DNA from: Pirellulales bacterium | Lineage (GTDB): Bacteria > Planctomycetota > Planctomycetia > Pirellulales > JADZDJ01 | Direction: 5' to 3' | Length of the DNA: 64,000 nt | Assembly: GCA_963716135.1 (NCBI GenBank) | Contig: OY970289.1 | Span: forward strand, 3,256,274-3,320,273 | Part shown: piece by piece, positions 29,758-40,336 of the stretch | Position numbering within the stretch: the first letter of the stretch is position 1 | How the letters are laid out: every line of letters starts with the position of its first letter | Made by a program: the position numbers and the translations under genes | Notes under the pieces: model-generated | Databases searched by the model: none | Told to the model about the DNA's origin: nothing | Seen by the model: the letters and a program-made list of their open reading frames with translations, nothing else

Positions 29758-29995
29758 CGTAGCTGCCAAACTATGACTTGGGAGTCGCAATAGTCGCGCC
29801 CAGTTCGCGCAAGAACGTTGCCATGTCGTGGTAGTCTGTGACTTTTTTGATATTCTGCCCCGCCGAAATAAGAGAATTGACGCGCCGCGCAGCCGGAAGG
29901 TCCGTCTTGTGGCTGGGAGTTTGCAGGACGGGCCTGCCCGGACTGGACCGGTCTGGTCACCGATTGGCTTAAGAATGACAGCGCACCCGCAATCC

Positions 29996-31048
29996 TTAAC
30001 AAATTCTCGGCAATGGAGCGCCTAATGGCTCATCCAGCGGCTGGAAACGGCCCAGGCTGCGTTGCACGAGAACTGGGGAGCCACTCTTTTCCTGAACATG
30101 TCCGATAACGGCGGCATGAGCCGAAACCGGTACGCCGCGCAGTGCTTTGATCGCCACATCTCCGTGGCCGGCGGCAACGGCAACGACCATCGTCCCCTCG
30201 TTAGCGACATGCAATGGGTCCAAGCCCAATAGTTCGCAAACGCCGCGCACCTCAGGCGTGATTGGCAGCCGTCGTTCCTCCACTGCCATTGCACATCCGC
30301 TCGTAATGGCCCATTCATGCAATACGGCCGCGACTCCCCCGCGTGTGGCATCGCGCAGCGCTTTCACGGCAACTCCATGCAGGCGAAGCGCGTCGACCGC
30401 AACTGTCAATGGAGCGCAGTCGCTACTCGGCGTCGGCTGGAAATCCAACTGCTCCCGGGCCGCCATGACTGCCACACCGTGTCGGCCGATGGGGCCGCTC
30501 ACGATCAATTCATCTCCCGGCTCGAGCGATTTAGGACCACTCATTGCAGGTGATATAAGTTCCCCAATACCAGCCGTGTTAATAAATAATTGATCGACTG
30601 CTCCACGCGGCACGACTTTGGTGTCGCCAGTCACAATGGCCACGTGAGCCTGACGTGCGGCCTCAGCGACGCTTTTCAGGATGTGGTCCAATTTCTCTTG
30701 GGGGAAACCTTCCTCCAGGATCAACGCCAGGCTGATCCACAACGGTCGCGCTCCCGACACCGCCAAATCGTTGATCGTTCCAAATACTGCCAAAGTGCCG
30801 ATGTCGCCGCCGGGGAAGAACAACGGCGATACGACAAAGCTATCGGTGGTAAATGCCAGATCGCCCTGGCAGCGAGGCAGCATCGCGGCATCCTCGTAGC
30901 CGATCGATTGGCTGCCCACAAGGGGAAGAATCCGCTCCCGCAGCAACCGACGCAACGACCGACCTCCTTCGCCATGCGCAAGCGTGATTGCTTCGCCGAT
31001 TGCGGCGGTAGAGCTTGGACACTGCAAACCCACGATTTCCTCAGTCAT
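29996..31048 (-). CDS. hypE: hydrogenase maturation protein HypE
   Basis: 350 aa with an AIR-synthase-like fold pattern and the C-terminal PRIC. Confidence 0.9.
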   Translation of the reverse strand: MTEEIVGLQCPSSTAAIGEAITLAHGEGGRSLRRLLRERILPLVGSQSIGYEDAAMLPRCQGDLAFTTDSFVVSPLFFPGGDIGTLAVFGTINDLAVSGARPLWISLALILEEGFPQEKLDHILKSVAEAARQAHVAIVTGDTKVVPRGAVDQLFINTAGIGELISPAMSGPKSLEPGDELIVSGPIGRHGVAVMAAREQLDFQPTPSSDCAPLTVAVDALRLHGVAVKALRDATRGGVAAVLHEWAITSGCAMAVEERRLPITPEVRGVCELLGLDPLHVANEGTMVVAVAAGHGDVAIKALRGVPVSAHAAVIGHVQEKSGSPVLVQRSLGRFQPLDEPLGAPLPRIC

Positions 31049-32160
31049 GCGCGGACCTCAGTTGGGCTGGATTTGGTGCGTCCACCGTAGCGGTAGTACG
31101 CGGCACAGGCCCCTTCGGACGAGACCATCGGCGCACCCAGCGGATGGTCCGGCGTGCAATTGACGCCAAAGCTGGAACACTCCGTCGGCTTTATCCGGCC
31201 GGCCAAGACGTCGCCGCTACGACACTCAGTTACGTCAAGCACCGGCAAACGAAGGCCGCCGAAACGCTGTTCGGCGTCAAAATGCCTCCATTGCGGACGA
31301 AGTCGCAGGCCGCCACGAGGTATGACGCCAAAGCCGCGCCACGGACGATCGCAGGCTTCGTAAACCTCCGCGACCAATTCCTGAGCCGTCGGATTGCCTT
31401 CCCGTCGTGCAATTCGGGCATAGGAATTGGCCACTTGCGGCGCCGCTGATTCAAGTTGTCGAACAGACTCCAAAATTCCCTGCAGCAGATCAACCGGTTC
31501 GAAACCGGTGACAACGACAGGCATTCGATACCGCTCCACAAACGGCATGTATTCCTCACAACCGGTGATTGTGCAAACGTGCCCGGCGGCCAGAAATCCT
31601 TGCACCCGGCAGTCCGGTGACGCCGCGATTGCCTCCATGGCAGGTAGCACCCGGACATGGGCCACCAGCAGGCTGAAATTGTCCAATCCTATCGCGTCGG
31701 CCTGCCGCAGGGCCAGCGCCGTGGCGGGCGCCGTGGTTTCAAATCCCACAGCAAAAAACACAACCTGCTGTTGCGGATGGCGGCGTGCCCGTTCGACGGC
31801 ATCCAGCGGCGAGTAGACTGCTTGCACGTTGCCGCCCGCGGCACGAGCATCCAGCAAACTACGGCGACTGCCGGGCACGCGGAGCATGTCGCCGAAACTG
31901 GCCAGCACCACCCCTTGCTTCAAGCTCAACTCTTGGGCGAAGTCGATTGCCTCCAAGGGTGTTACACACACCGGGCAGCCGGGGCCATGGATCAATTCCA
32001 CAACTCCCCCCAGTTCCGCATCAATGCCGTGACGCAAGAGGGAATGGGTTTGGCCGCCGCAGACCTCCATCAACGTCCAGCAGCGTGTTGCTTGCCGGCG
32101 GATTTCGCCGAGCAGCCGCCGGGCCGCAGCCACATCACGATATTCGTCGAGGAATTTCAT
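31045..32160 (-). CDS. hypD: hydrogenase maturation protein HypD
   Basis: Start at MKFLDEYRD. GPGCPVCVTP motif. There is a 4-nt overlap with hypE. Confidence 0.9.
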   Translation of the reverse strand: MKFLDEYRDVAAARRLLGEIRRQATRCWTLMEVCGGQTHSLLRHGIDAELGGVVELIHGPGCPVCVTPLEAIDFAQELSLKQGVVLASFGDMLRVPGSRRSLLDARAAGGNVQAVYSPLDAVERARRHPQQQVVFFAVGFETTAPATALALRQADAIGLDNFSLLVAHVRVLPAMEAIAASPDCRVQGFLAAGHVCTITGCEEYMPFVERYRMPVVVTGFEPVDLLQGILESVRQLESAAPQVANSYARIARREGNPTAQELVAEVYEACDRPWRGFGVIPRGGLRLRPQWRHFDAEQRFGGLRLPVLDVTECRSGDVLAGRIKPTECSSFGVNCTPDHPLGAPMVSSEGACAAYYRYGGRTKSSPTEVRA

Positions 32161-32162
32161 GG

Positions 32163-32429
32163 TTAGAACGGTTCCGCTGACTCCGACGCCGGCCAATCAT
32201 CGACCTCGGGCAGGCTGGCCAACTCGGCCAGCACTCGCTGGGCTTCTGCCGCATCGACTTGGGAAATGGCCACACCGGCATGAACGATCACGTACTCGTC
32301 AATTTTTGCGTCTGGCACGCAAGCCATGTGGCAGCGACGGGTAACCCCCGCAAATTCCACTTCCGCTAGCGCGCAAATCGGATCATGGTCGAGCCAACGG
32401 ACAACTTTTCCTGGCACCGCTAGGCACAT
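32163..32429 (-). CDS. hypC: hydrogenase assembly chaperone HypC/HupF
   Basis: MCLAVPGKVV N-terminus, 88 aa. Confidence 0.9.
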   Translation of the reverse strand: MCLAVPGKVVRWLDHDPICALAEVEFAGVTRRCHMACVPDAKIDEYVIVHAGVAISQVDAAEAQRVLAELASLPEVDDWPASESAEPF

Positions 32430-34777
32430 GGCTGCGTTCCCAATCTCGTGTGAACTTTCTGCTTCGTTCGAGCCGCGGCAACTGCCAATTGTCCCGCTGC
32501 CAAACCGCCGTCGTTTACAGGAATCACGCCTGGCAATCCATGCCGCTCGGTGCGTCCGCCCATTCTTTCGGCAACAAGTTCCACCAGCAGCCGATTGTTA
32601 AAGCATCCCCCCGAACAAACCACCGGCAGGTTTGAAAACCGCGCACAAATGGTGACGATGGCGTTAGCCAATGCTCGGTGAAACTTCGTGGCGATCGTTC
32701 TCGTCGAAAGTCCAGTTTTCAAGTCGGTCAAGATCTCGCCCATCATCGGTCGCCAATCGAACTGCATCGGCTCACGGTCGCTCAACGGCACATTGTAACT
32801 GTCTGCGCAGGACAAATCGCAAGCCGCTTCCAACAACATTGCCGCTTGCGCCTCAAACTGAATGTGCCCTGTGCCCAACGCCAGGGCCGCTACGCCGTCG
32901 AACAAACGACCGGCGCTACTCGTTTGGTGACACAAACGAGGATGCCTTAACAGGTGCACCAGTCGTTCAATTTGGTGTGATCCCACATCGGAAAAACGCA
33001 ATTGGGCCGCCGCTTCACTCCCCAGCGATTGATACACCAGTGACACAGCTACCCGCCACGGCTCCCGCACGGCAGCATCGCCGCCCGGCAACAGAAAGGG
33101 TAACAGCGAGCCAACCCGAGAAAAGTCTGTCGCTGTCGTCAGTAAGAATTCGCCGCCCCAGATTGTGCCATCGCCGCCATAACCGGTCCCGTCCCAAGCG
33201 ACGCCGAGCACCTGCCTATCAAGCCAACCATGTTCTAGCATGCCCGCGACAATGTGGGCATGATGATGCTGCACAGCCATCGTCGCAGTTGGTTGCTCCG
33301 CAGCCCAGCGGCTCGTGAAATAATCGGGGTGCAGATCGTGCACCAGTAAAGTCGGCTTGGCGCCATAGAGTTTGCACATGGCGTCGACGTGCTCGAGGTA
33401 TCGGCCACGTGTCCCTTCATTCTCCAGGTCGCCGACATGCGGCCCCAGCACCGCCTGGGCGCCGTTGGTCAGGGCGATCGCTGTCTTCTGATGTCCACCC
33501 AATGCCAGAATTGCGCGGTCGGATTCTAACTGCAGCGGCAACGGCGCCAGTCCGCGCCCCAGACGAATTGCTGCCTGTCGATTGGCAACGATTTGGACCA
33601 CACTATCGTCAATCGCGCGCAGGATGGGGCGATCGTGGTGCAGCCACAATTCGGCCACCTGCGACAGTTCGTGCGCCGACACCGCATCGAAGGCTAACGG
33701 TTCCCCTTCCAAGTTCCCGCTGGTGACGATCAATGGTCCGGACACGCGGCGTATCAGAAACTCGTGCAGCGGCGTCGTGGGCAACATCAGTCCAACCGTT
33801 GGCAGGCCTCCCGTAACTTCACTTGCCAGCCGGGAGGGCATTCGTAATGCCGTCACCACAATGGGGTTGGTCGGATCGGTGAGCGATTTCCGCTCGGCGT
33901 CGTTGAAAATGGCCAATTGCTCGGCCGCTGCAAGATTCGCCGCCATCACTGCCAAAGGTTTTCCGAAGCGCTGTTTCCGTCGCCGCAACTCTTCCACGGC
34001 GGCCGACGAAGTCGCATCGACGGCTAACTGGTACCCGCCGATGCCCTTGATGGCAACAATCTTCCCTTCCCGTAGTGCCGCTGCCGTGCGGTCCAACGCA
34101 GCTTCGTGTCGTGCCATCGTCTGGCCGCAACGATCTGCCAACCAGACCTGCGGCCCGCACTCCGGGCAGCTATTGGTTTGCGAATGGAATCGCCGATCAT
34201 TCAACCGGATGTATTCGTCACGACAGTGGCGACAAGGTGTAAACTGCACCATGCCCGTCGCCTCCCGATCATACGGCATTGCCTGAATCAACGAGTACCG
34301 GGGCCCGCAGCGGGTGCAGGTTGTGAACACGTATCCAAACCGCCGATTACCAACCGCAGACACGTCGGCTAGGCACTCTGAGCAAACCATCACGTCCGGT
34401 GGCACGAAGGCACTTAATGAACCCTGCTTATGGCTGGACTTGATGTCGAAACGGGAGTGTTGGGCCGGTGTCGCGCCAAATGCCTCGACACGACTCACCA
34501 CTGCCTCCTGCGGCAGACTAGATTGCAAGCGGCATTGGAATGCCTGCAACAACTTTTCGTCGCCCTCGATGTGGATGACGACTCCTTCCTGACAATTGCC
34601 GACGTATCCGGTCAGTTGAAGTTCCTGAGCTAACCGAGCGATGGCCGGCCGCACGCCGAAGCCTTGCACCCTGCCGCGCAGATTGATTTGGACAGCCTGC
34701 AACTTTGGGGCTGCAGCATCAACGGCTGGCGGGCCATCGTGGATCGGGCGATTGTTAGGCGCGAGCAACTTCAACAT
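32420..34777 (-). CDS. hypF: carbamoyltransferase HypF
   Basis: Start at MLKLLAPNN. There is an acylphosphatase-like N-terminus (RGRVQGFGVRP) and four CxxC pairs (CSECLADV, CTRCGPRY, CRHCRDEY, CPECGPQ), followed by YrdC-like and Kae1-like regions. Confidence 0.9.
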   Translation of the reverse strand: MLKLLAPNNRPIHDGPPAVDAAAPKLQAVQINLRGRVQGFGVRPAIARLAQELQLTGYVGNCQEGVVIHIEGDEKLLQAFQCRLQSSLPQEAVVSRVEAFGATPAQHSRFDIKSSHKQGSLSAFVPPDVMVCSECLADVSAVGNRRFGYVFTTCTRCGPRYSLIQAMPYDREATGMVQFTPCRHCRDEYIRLNDRRFHSQTNSCPECGPQVWLADRCGQTMARHEAALDRTAAALREGKIVAIKGIGGYQLAVDATSSAAVEELRRRKQRFGKPLAVMAANLAAAEQLAIFNDAERKSLTDPTNPIVVTALRMPSRLASEVTGGLPTVGLMLPTTPLHEFLIRRVSGPLIVTSGNLEGEPLAFDAVSAHELSQVAELWLHHDRPILRAIDDSVVQIVANRQAAIRLGRGLAPLPLQLESDRAILALGGHQKTAIALTNGAQAVLGPHVGDLENEGTRGRYLEHVDAMCKLYGAKPTLLVHDLHPDYFTSRWAAEQPTATMAVQHHHAHIVAGMLEHGWLDRQVLGVAWDGTGYGGDGTIWGGEFLLTTATDFSRVGSLLPFLLPGGDAAVREPWRVAVSLVYQSLGSEAAAQLRFSDVGSHQIERLVHLLRHPRLCHQTSSAGRLFDGVAALALGTGHIQFEAQAAMLLEAACDLSCADSYNVPLSDREPMQFDWRPMMGEILTDLKTGLSTRTIATKFHRALANAIVTICARFSNLPVVCSGGCFNNRLLVELVAERMGGRTERHGLPGVIPVNDGGLAAGQLAVAAARTKQKVHTRLGTQPCA

Positions 34778-35444
34778 CCATCTCCAGCAGCTTTTGCCAC
34801 TGCTGCTCCAGATATTTGCACCAGGCGGCAACGCCGTTCCCGTGCAGGGCGGAGATCGGCCACACGGCCAGCCGCGGCTGGATGTTTTTAGCATCCGCCG
34901 CCGCGGCTTCCATCGAAAATGGCACGTACGGCAGCAGATCGATCTTGCTGATCACTAAGGCTTGACTGGTGCGGAACGCCTTGGGATATTTGCCGGGCTT
35001 ATCATCCCCTTCGGTCGTGCTGAGCACGACAATCCGCAAGTGTTCTCCCAGATCGTGCGACGCTGGGCAGACGAGGTTGCCCACATTCTCGATAAACAGA
35101 TAATCGAGTTCGTGAGTCGGGAGCGACTCCCAGCCGCGCTGTACCAGCGAAAGCTCCAAGTGGCAGGCCCCACCGGTGGTAAGTTGCATGGTGGGAGCTA
35201 TCGGAGCCAGGCGCTGAGCGTCTCGATCGGTGGCGATGTCGCCCACCAAAATGCCAATGCGATGAAGCGATGCCCAGTGTGCTGCCGTGGCGGCCAACAA
35301 ACTTGTCTTGCCTGCGCCAGGCGAGGACATCAGATTCACGACCAGCGTGCGCCGCTGCGTCATTTCCCGACGAAAGTCATCGGCCCGTAATCGCGCATCA
35401 CTCGAGAGGTCACGCTGCACGGAGATGATTCGAGTCATACACAT
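34755..35444 (-). CDS. hypB: hydrogenase nickel-incorporation GTPase HypB
   Basis: SSPGAGKTSLL P-loop and ENVGNLVCP motif. Confidence 0.9.
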   Translation of the reverse strand: MCMTRIISVQRDLSSDARLRADDFRREMTQRRTLVVNLMSSPGAGKTSLLAATAAHWASLHRIGILVGDIATDRDAQRLAPIAPTMQLTTGGACHLELSLVQRGWESLPTHELDYLFIENVGNLVCPASHDLGEHLRIVVLSTTEGDDKPGKYPKAFRTSQALVISKIDLLPYVPFSMEAAAADAKNIQPRLAVWPISALHGNGVAAWCKYLEQQWQKLLEMDVEVARA

Positions 35445-35800
35445 TCTCCTGCCGATAACGGCTCCAATTCGATGCTTTCCAGTATTACTGCGTCACCTGC
35501 GATCACTTCGACATCGACGCAACCGCATCGAGGGCAAACAAAACGGAACCTTTCCGGTCGAAATTCGATTTGACACTCCCGGCAAACCGCCTTCAACGGC
35601 GTCTGCTCGATCAGCAAGCTGGCATCGCTCAGAGCACTCTCTTGGCGCAGTAGTTCGAAAGCTGACTTCATCAATGTCGGCTCGACTCCCGACAGCGGAC
35701 CGCACTGCAAATGAATGGTTCGGACAGCACCGCTTCCCTCCCGGGCGACGAGTTGTTCCACCTGGGCGATCAACGAACGAACTAATGAGATCTCATGCAT
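35435..35800 (-). CDS. hypA: hydrogenase nickel-insertion protein HypA
   Basis: MHEISL N-terminus and CRECQ..CPRCG zinc site. Confidence 0.9.
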   Translation of the reverse strand: MHEISLVRSLIAQVEQLVAREGSGAVRTIHLQCGPLSGVEPTLMKSAFELLRQESALSDASLLIEQTPLKAVCRECQIEFRPERFRFVCPRCGCVDVEVIAGDAVILESIELEPLSAGECV

Positions 35801-36242
35801 GGTCGATGGCTTGAAGAATTTGTTCTACCACACTCGGCACGGCGGCCGCCGCTTCCGCGGAAACTGGCCCAGTTGGCTGGGCGGCGCTGATAGAGATTCC
35901 CCACACGCTGACTCGCGGCGGCAATCGTCCCAACTGTTCAGCAAGTGTTAGCACAGCCGGCAATGACAAGTCGTGGCTGCCTGAGAATCGTGTATTTTCG
36001 ATTTCCGCCGCTGGCCAAGTCCAACGAAACACGCTGCCGACGGGGGCGGGGATGCGGCAGGCATCGCAAACCACTAATTGGTCGGCGCCCTCCAGCCAGT
36101 CGAGCAATTCGCTGGGAGACGCGGCCAATCGCACCTCGACAGTGGGTCCGCTGCAGCGGGCTAATCGTTCCGCCACCCGCAGGCCGACTTGATCGTCGCC
36201 ATGCTGACTGCCCACGCCGACCAATATCGTTCGTCCAGCCAT
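35793..36242 (-). CDS. hydrogenase maturation endopeptidase
   Basis: Start at MAGRTILVGVGSQHGDDQVG. The start overlaps the large-subunit stop (TGATG). Confidence 0.8.
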   Translation of the reverse strand: MAGRTILVGVGSQHGDDQVGLRVAERLARCSGPTVEVRLAASPSELLDWLEGADQLVVCDACRIPAPVGSVFRWTWPAAEIENTRFSGSHDLSLPAVLTLAEQLGRLPPRVSVWGISISAAQPTGPVSAEAAAAVPSVVEQILQAIDHA

Positions 36243-37538
36243 CAGCGCCGCTCCAAGGTGACTTTGAGAAAATGTGTTGAACAACTGATGCACGGATCGT
36301 AGCTGCGGACCAATCGCTCGCAGGCGAGCGCCACCTGTGTGTCCGTCTGCGCGAGAACTCGCGGCACGTAACTGCGCAAGTCGTCCTCGATTCGGCTTTG
36401 GTTTTGCGAGGTGGGCGGAACGATGTTCGCCTTCGTGACTAGCCCCTGAGCATCAATGCAATAGCTATGATACAGCAGTCCCCGGGCGCTTTCAGTGGCT
36501 GCGCTGCCCACTCCGGAACGGTATTCGTAAGGGGTGTGCGCACGGGCCCGACGGACGATAATTCTCCATGATCGATAGCGCTTCTTCATAGGCGTGCACG
36601 ATTTCCAAGCATCGCGCTAGGATGCTTTTGAATGGGTTGTGACAGAGTTGCTCCAAGCCGATTTCGTCGGCCAACTGTCGTGCGATGGGAAAAAGTCGCT
36701 CCCGGTTAAGATTGAGCCTGGCCAATGGCCCGACGAAGTAGGTGCGGCCGGTATCGGCGCGGACCGAATGCAGTGCCGTCGAGTGCGGGACTTGTTTTTC
36801 CTCAAAGAATTGCTCGAACTGCGATTGCTCGATCGATAATCCATCGGTGCTCGTTATTTTACCTTCGCACATGGGATACTCGTCGGGTTGCACCAGCGCC
36901 ACGAAATCGTAGGGTTGCTGGAAATCAGGAAAATCGAAGCCGGCAATCCAACGCGTGGCGTCGGCGGCGGCTTCTAATCCCCATTGAAAATCGGCCACGA
37001 GCGCAGCAATTTTCTCACGGCGCGGCAATCGATAAAAGCCGCCAACGGCCGTATTGATGGGGTGCACCGCGCGGCCCCCCAATATTTCGAGCAATTGGTT
37101 GCCATGCTTCTTTAGCCGCAGGCCACGCTTGAATTCGTCGGGATAATCTTTGGCCATTTCCAACGCGCTGGGATAGCCAAGAAAATCTGGCACATGGAGC
37201 ACGTGCACGTGCAACACATGGCTTTCGATCCATTCACCGCAATAAAGCAAGCGCCGTAGCCGACGAATTTCCGGAGGAATTACGATTCCCAACGCGGCCT
37301 CCAACGCACGCACCGAACTCATTTGGTACGCGACTGGGCAAATACCACAGATGCGGGCCGTGATGTCGGGCACTTCCTCGAGCGCCCGGCCACGCAGAAA
37401 TGCCTCGAAGAAGCGGGGCGGCTCGAATATTTTCAACTGCACGTCCTGAAGCTGGCCGTCGCGCACGCGCACGAGCAAACCCCCTTCGCCTTCCACGCGC
37501 GTCATCACGTCGACACGAATCGTCCGCGGTTGGGTCAT
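36242..37538 (-). CDS. [NiFe] hydrogenase large (alpha) subunit, group 3b-like; frame interrupted once as given
   Basis: The N-terminal part (MTQPRTIRV..RICGICPVAY) is in ORF 36492-37841. The C-terminal part (..SYDPCISCSTH) is in ORF 36242-36589. The shift is near 36515-36550. Confidence 0.85.
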
Positions 37539-37546
37539 TGCCGAGC

Positions 37547-38335
37547 CTAGGGTTCGACGGTCGGAGATATTCGATTGCTCTCGGTGCGAAAGTCGGGAGC
37601 ATAGCCGTTGAAGGAATCTCGCAAACTGCGCACCACCGCATCCGTCGTAGCACCGTCGGCGAGGAATTGATTCGCAAGGCTTACCAGATTTAGCTGCTCC
37701 GCGGGGCCATAACAGCCGTAGCAGCCGCGATCGAACGACGGGCAAATGGCGCCGCAGCCGGTATGCGTGACAGGTCCCAAACACGGCACTCCTTTGGCGA
37801 CCATGATGCACACCGTGCCGCGGCGCTTGCAATCGAGACACACGCTGTGCTGCGGCAGTCGCGGACGCCGATCCGCCAATAGCGACGTCAACACCTCGAG
37901 TAGTTGATGTTTATTGATCGGACAGCCGCGCAGCTCGAAATCCACCGGCACATGATCGGAGATGGCTGTGGAGGTCGACAGGGTCTGAATGTACTCGGGC
38001 TTGGCATAAACGGCGCGGAGGAATTCGGCCGAATCGGCCCAGTTGCGCAGCGCTTGAATGCCGCCGGCGGTGGCGCAGGCTCCAATCGTGACGAGATATT
38101 TCGAATTGCGCCGAACTGTTTGAATCCGCTGCAAATGCTCAGGGGTCGAGATCGAGCCTTCCACCAGCGCGATGTCATACGGCCCGTCGTCAGTCCGGCT
38201 GGTTGCTTCAAGGAAGTAGGCGATCTCGAGCCTGCTAGCCACGGCGAGTAGCTCGTCTTCCAAAGAGAGAAACGACAACTGGCAGCCATCGCAGGAAGCG
38301 AACTTGAATACGGCGAGTTTTGGCGTGGTGGGCAC
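37547..38335 (-). CDS. [NiFe] hydrogenase small (delta) subunit
   Basis: GTG start overlapping the gamma stop (TAGTG). FASCDGCQLS and further Cys clusters typical of the 20-kDa NuoB-like subunit. Confidence 0.85.
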   Translation of the reverse strand: MPTTPKLAVFKFASCDGCQLSFLSLEDELLAVASRLEIAYFLEATSRTDDGPYDIALVEGSISTPEHLQRIQTVRRNSKYLVTIGACATAGGIQALRNWADSAEFLRAVYAKPEYIQTLSTSTAISDHVPVDFELRGCPINKHQLLEVLTSLLADRRPRLPQHSVCLDCKRRGTVCIMVAKGVPCLGPVTHTGCGAICPSFDRGCYGCYGPAEQLNLVSLANQFLADGATTDAVVRSLRDSFNGYAPDFRTESNRISPTVEP

Positions 38336-39193
38336 TATAAACCTTGGACATCCAAATAAGGCGCAATCCGATCGTATTGGAAGACTGGCCCGTCCTTACA
38401 AACGAAGGCCGGCCCGAGCTGACAATGGCCGCAGAATCCTACGGCACATTGCATGTTGCGTTCCAGTGAAACCCACATCCGATCGCTGTGAATTCCACGC
38501 GCCGCTGCGCTGCGCAATGTAATGCAGCATGATTTCGGGGCCACAAGCAAACACCACCGTGTTGCCCGGCGAAAGCGGTTGCAGTCGATCCAAAAGCAGC
38601 GGCACCACGCCGACGTTGCCAAGCCAATGAACGGGCGCACGATCGACGGTCGTTTGCACGTCTAAACCCGCGTTCGACCAACTCTGATACTCGCCGGCAT
38701 ACAGCAAGGTATCCGGCGTGCGTGCGCCGTACAGCAGGTCGAGATGACCAAATCGCTTGCGCGACGACAATAACTGTTGAATCACCGGACGCAAAGGGGG
38801 CAGACCGATTCCGCCGGCGATCAAAATGAAATCGGCGCCGTCGCAATCGTCCACAGGCCACCAGGAACCATAAGGGCCTCTTAAGCCCAAGGAGCCGCCG
38901 ACTGCCATACGAGCGATGCTCCGCGTTACATTTCCGGCAACGCGAATGGTGTGATCCCAACTGCCCGCGACTCTCGATCCGCCGCTCAGGCTCACGGCAA
39001 TTTCTCCCGCGCCCGGCACGTAGAGCATGTTGAATTGACCGGGCCGAAATTCGTATTCGGCGTGCTGATCGGGATCTTCGAAGCGAAGGTGATACGTGGC
39101 GACGTTAGGAACTTCGGCCGTGATGTTGTCGATCCGCACGCTTTGCACAAGCCACGGGTTTTCAGCGATTGCGCACGACGGCCCTGGTTTCAT
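38335..39193 (-). CDS. hydrogenase gamma subunit (FAD/NAD(P)-binding, 2Fe-2S); frame interrupted once as given
   Basis: [14 protein letters not shown].., RPGQFNML and [10 protein letters not shown] are in ORF 38396-39508. The C-terminal [12 protein letters not shown] is in ORF 38335-38640. The shift is near 38495-38515. Confidence 0.8.
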
Positions 39194-40323
39194 TTTTTCT
39201 CTCCGCGAATCGCGGTGACTTCCTCGGTGAGATCGATTTCCACGGGACACCAGGTGATGCAGCGCCCGCATCCGACGCAGCCGGAGACGCCGAATTGATC
39301 GATCCACGAAGCCAGTTTGTGCGTGAGCCACTGGCGGTAACGCGACCGAATGTTGTTGCGGACAATCGCGCCGTTCATATAACTGAAATCGACATTGAAG
39401 CAGGAATCCCATTGTCGAACTCGCTCGGCATGATCGCCCGACAGATCGCTGACTTCGTTGACCGAACTGCAAAAGCACGTGGGGCATACCATCGTGCAAT
39501 TCGTGCATGAGAGGCAGCGATTGGCCACTTCCGTCCAGCGCGGGTGCTCCAGGTTGCCTAACAGCAGGTCGCGAATATTTGTCGTATCGAGGTGTTTGGT
39601 GATTTGCTCGACGGCTTGCTGGCGTGCCGCCGCCGCGCTGAAAAGCTCCGCGTCCGTCGCCGGCCGAGTTGGCAATTGGGAAAGAATGTTCTCGCCTTTG
39701 TCACTTCCCGATTCAATCGTAAAAGCATCGATTAATTCCGTTAGCGCCAGATCGTAGCCTTTCGTGCATTCCGGCCCTGTGTGCATCGAGGTGCAAAAGC
39801 AGGTGCTGGCGGCCTGCGTGCAATTGACGGCGATAAAGAACGCTTTCTCACGGCGGTTGCGGTAGATGGGATCGACATACTGATCGTGTATGAACGTGCG
39901 ATCTTGCACTGCAATGGCGGCCAACTCACACGCGCGAACGCCGAGGAACGCGAATGCCGTGTCGTCGTGAATCGCATTTTGAAACTTCCATGCGCCTTGC
40001 TCACGATCCGCGGTTGCAACCGTGACGGTGGGCGGAAACAAAAACTGCTTCCACGAATGTGGGCCGACGTTGTAACCAAACCAGGCGTCGTCGTCGCGGC
40101 GCTTCACCCGATACTTTCCAGCGGATTGCTCGTCGGTCCAACCGCGCGGCAGATCTTCGACGCGGCGCACTTGTTCGTACACAATAGCGCCTTGGGACAC
40201 TGTCGGGCCGATGATTCGATAACCCTGGGCCGAGAGAAAATCCAACAGCAACTGAAAATCTGCCTTCGACAGCAACCGTGGGTGTCTCAAGGATGAGCGG
40301 GTTTTTTCGGAGGACGAAGGCAT
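39190..40323 (-). CDS. hydrogenase beta subunit (4Fe-4S, AsrA-like)
   Basis: ATG at 40323 with GGAG upstream; the track ORF starts at the GTG at 40335. CLSCTNCTMVCPTCFC and CVGCGRCITWCP clusters. ATGA overlap with the gamma gene. Confidence 0.8.
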   Translation of the reverse strand: MPSSSEKTRSSLRHPRLLSKADFQLLLDFLSAQGYRIIGPTVSQGAIVYEQVRRVEDLPRGWTDEQSAGKYRVKRRDDDAWFGYNVGPHSWKQFLFPPTVTVATADREQGAWKFQNAIHDDTAFAFLGVRACELAAIAVQDRTFIHDQYVDPIYRNRREKAFFIAVNCTQAASTCFCTSMHTGPECTKGYDLALTELIDAFTIESGSDKGENILSQLPTRPATDAELFSAAAARQQAVEQITKHLDTTNIRDLLLGNLEHPRWTEVANRCLSCTNCTMVCPTCFCSSVNEVSDLSGDHAERVRQWDSCFNVDFSYMNGAIVRNNIRSRYRQWLTHKLASWIDQFGVSGCVGCGRCITWCPVEIDLTEEVTAIRGEKK

Positions 40324-40336
40324 GACTAGCTCCACG

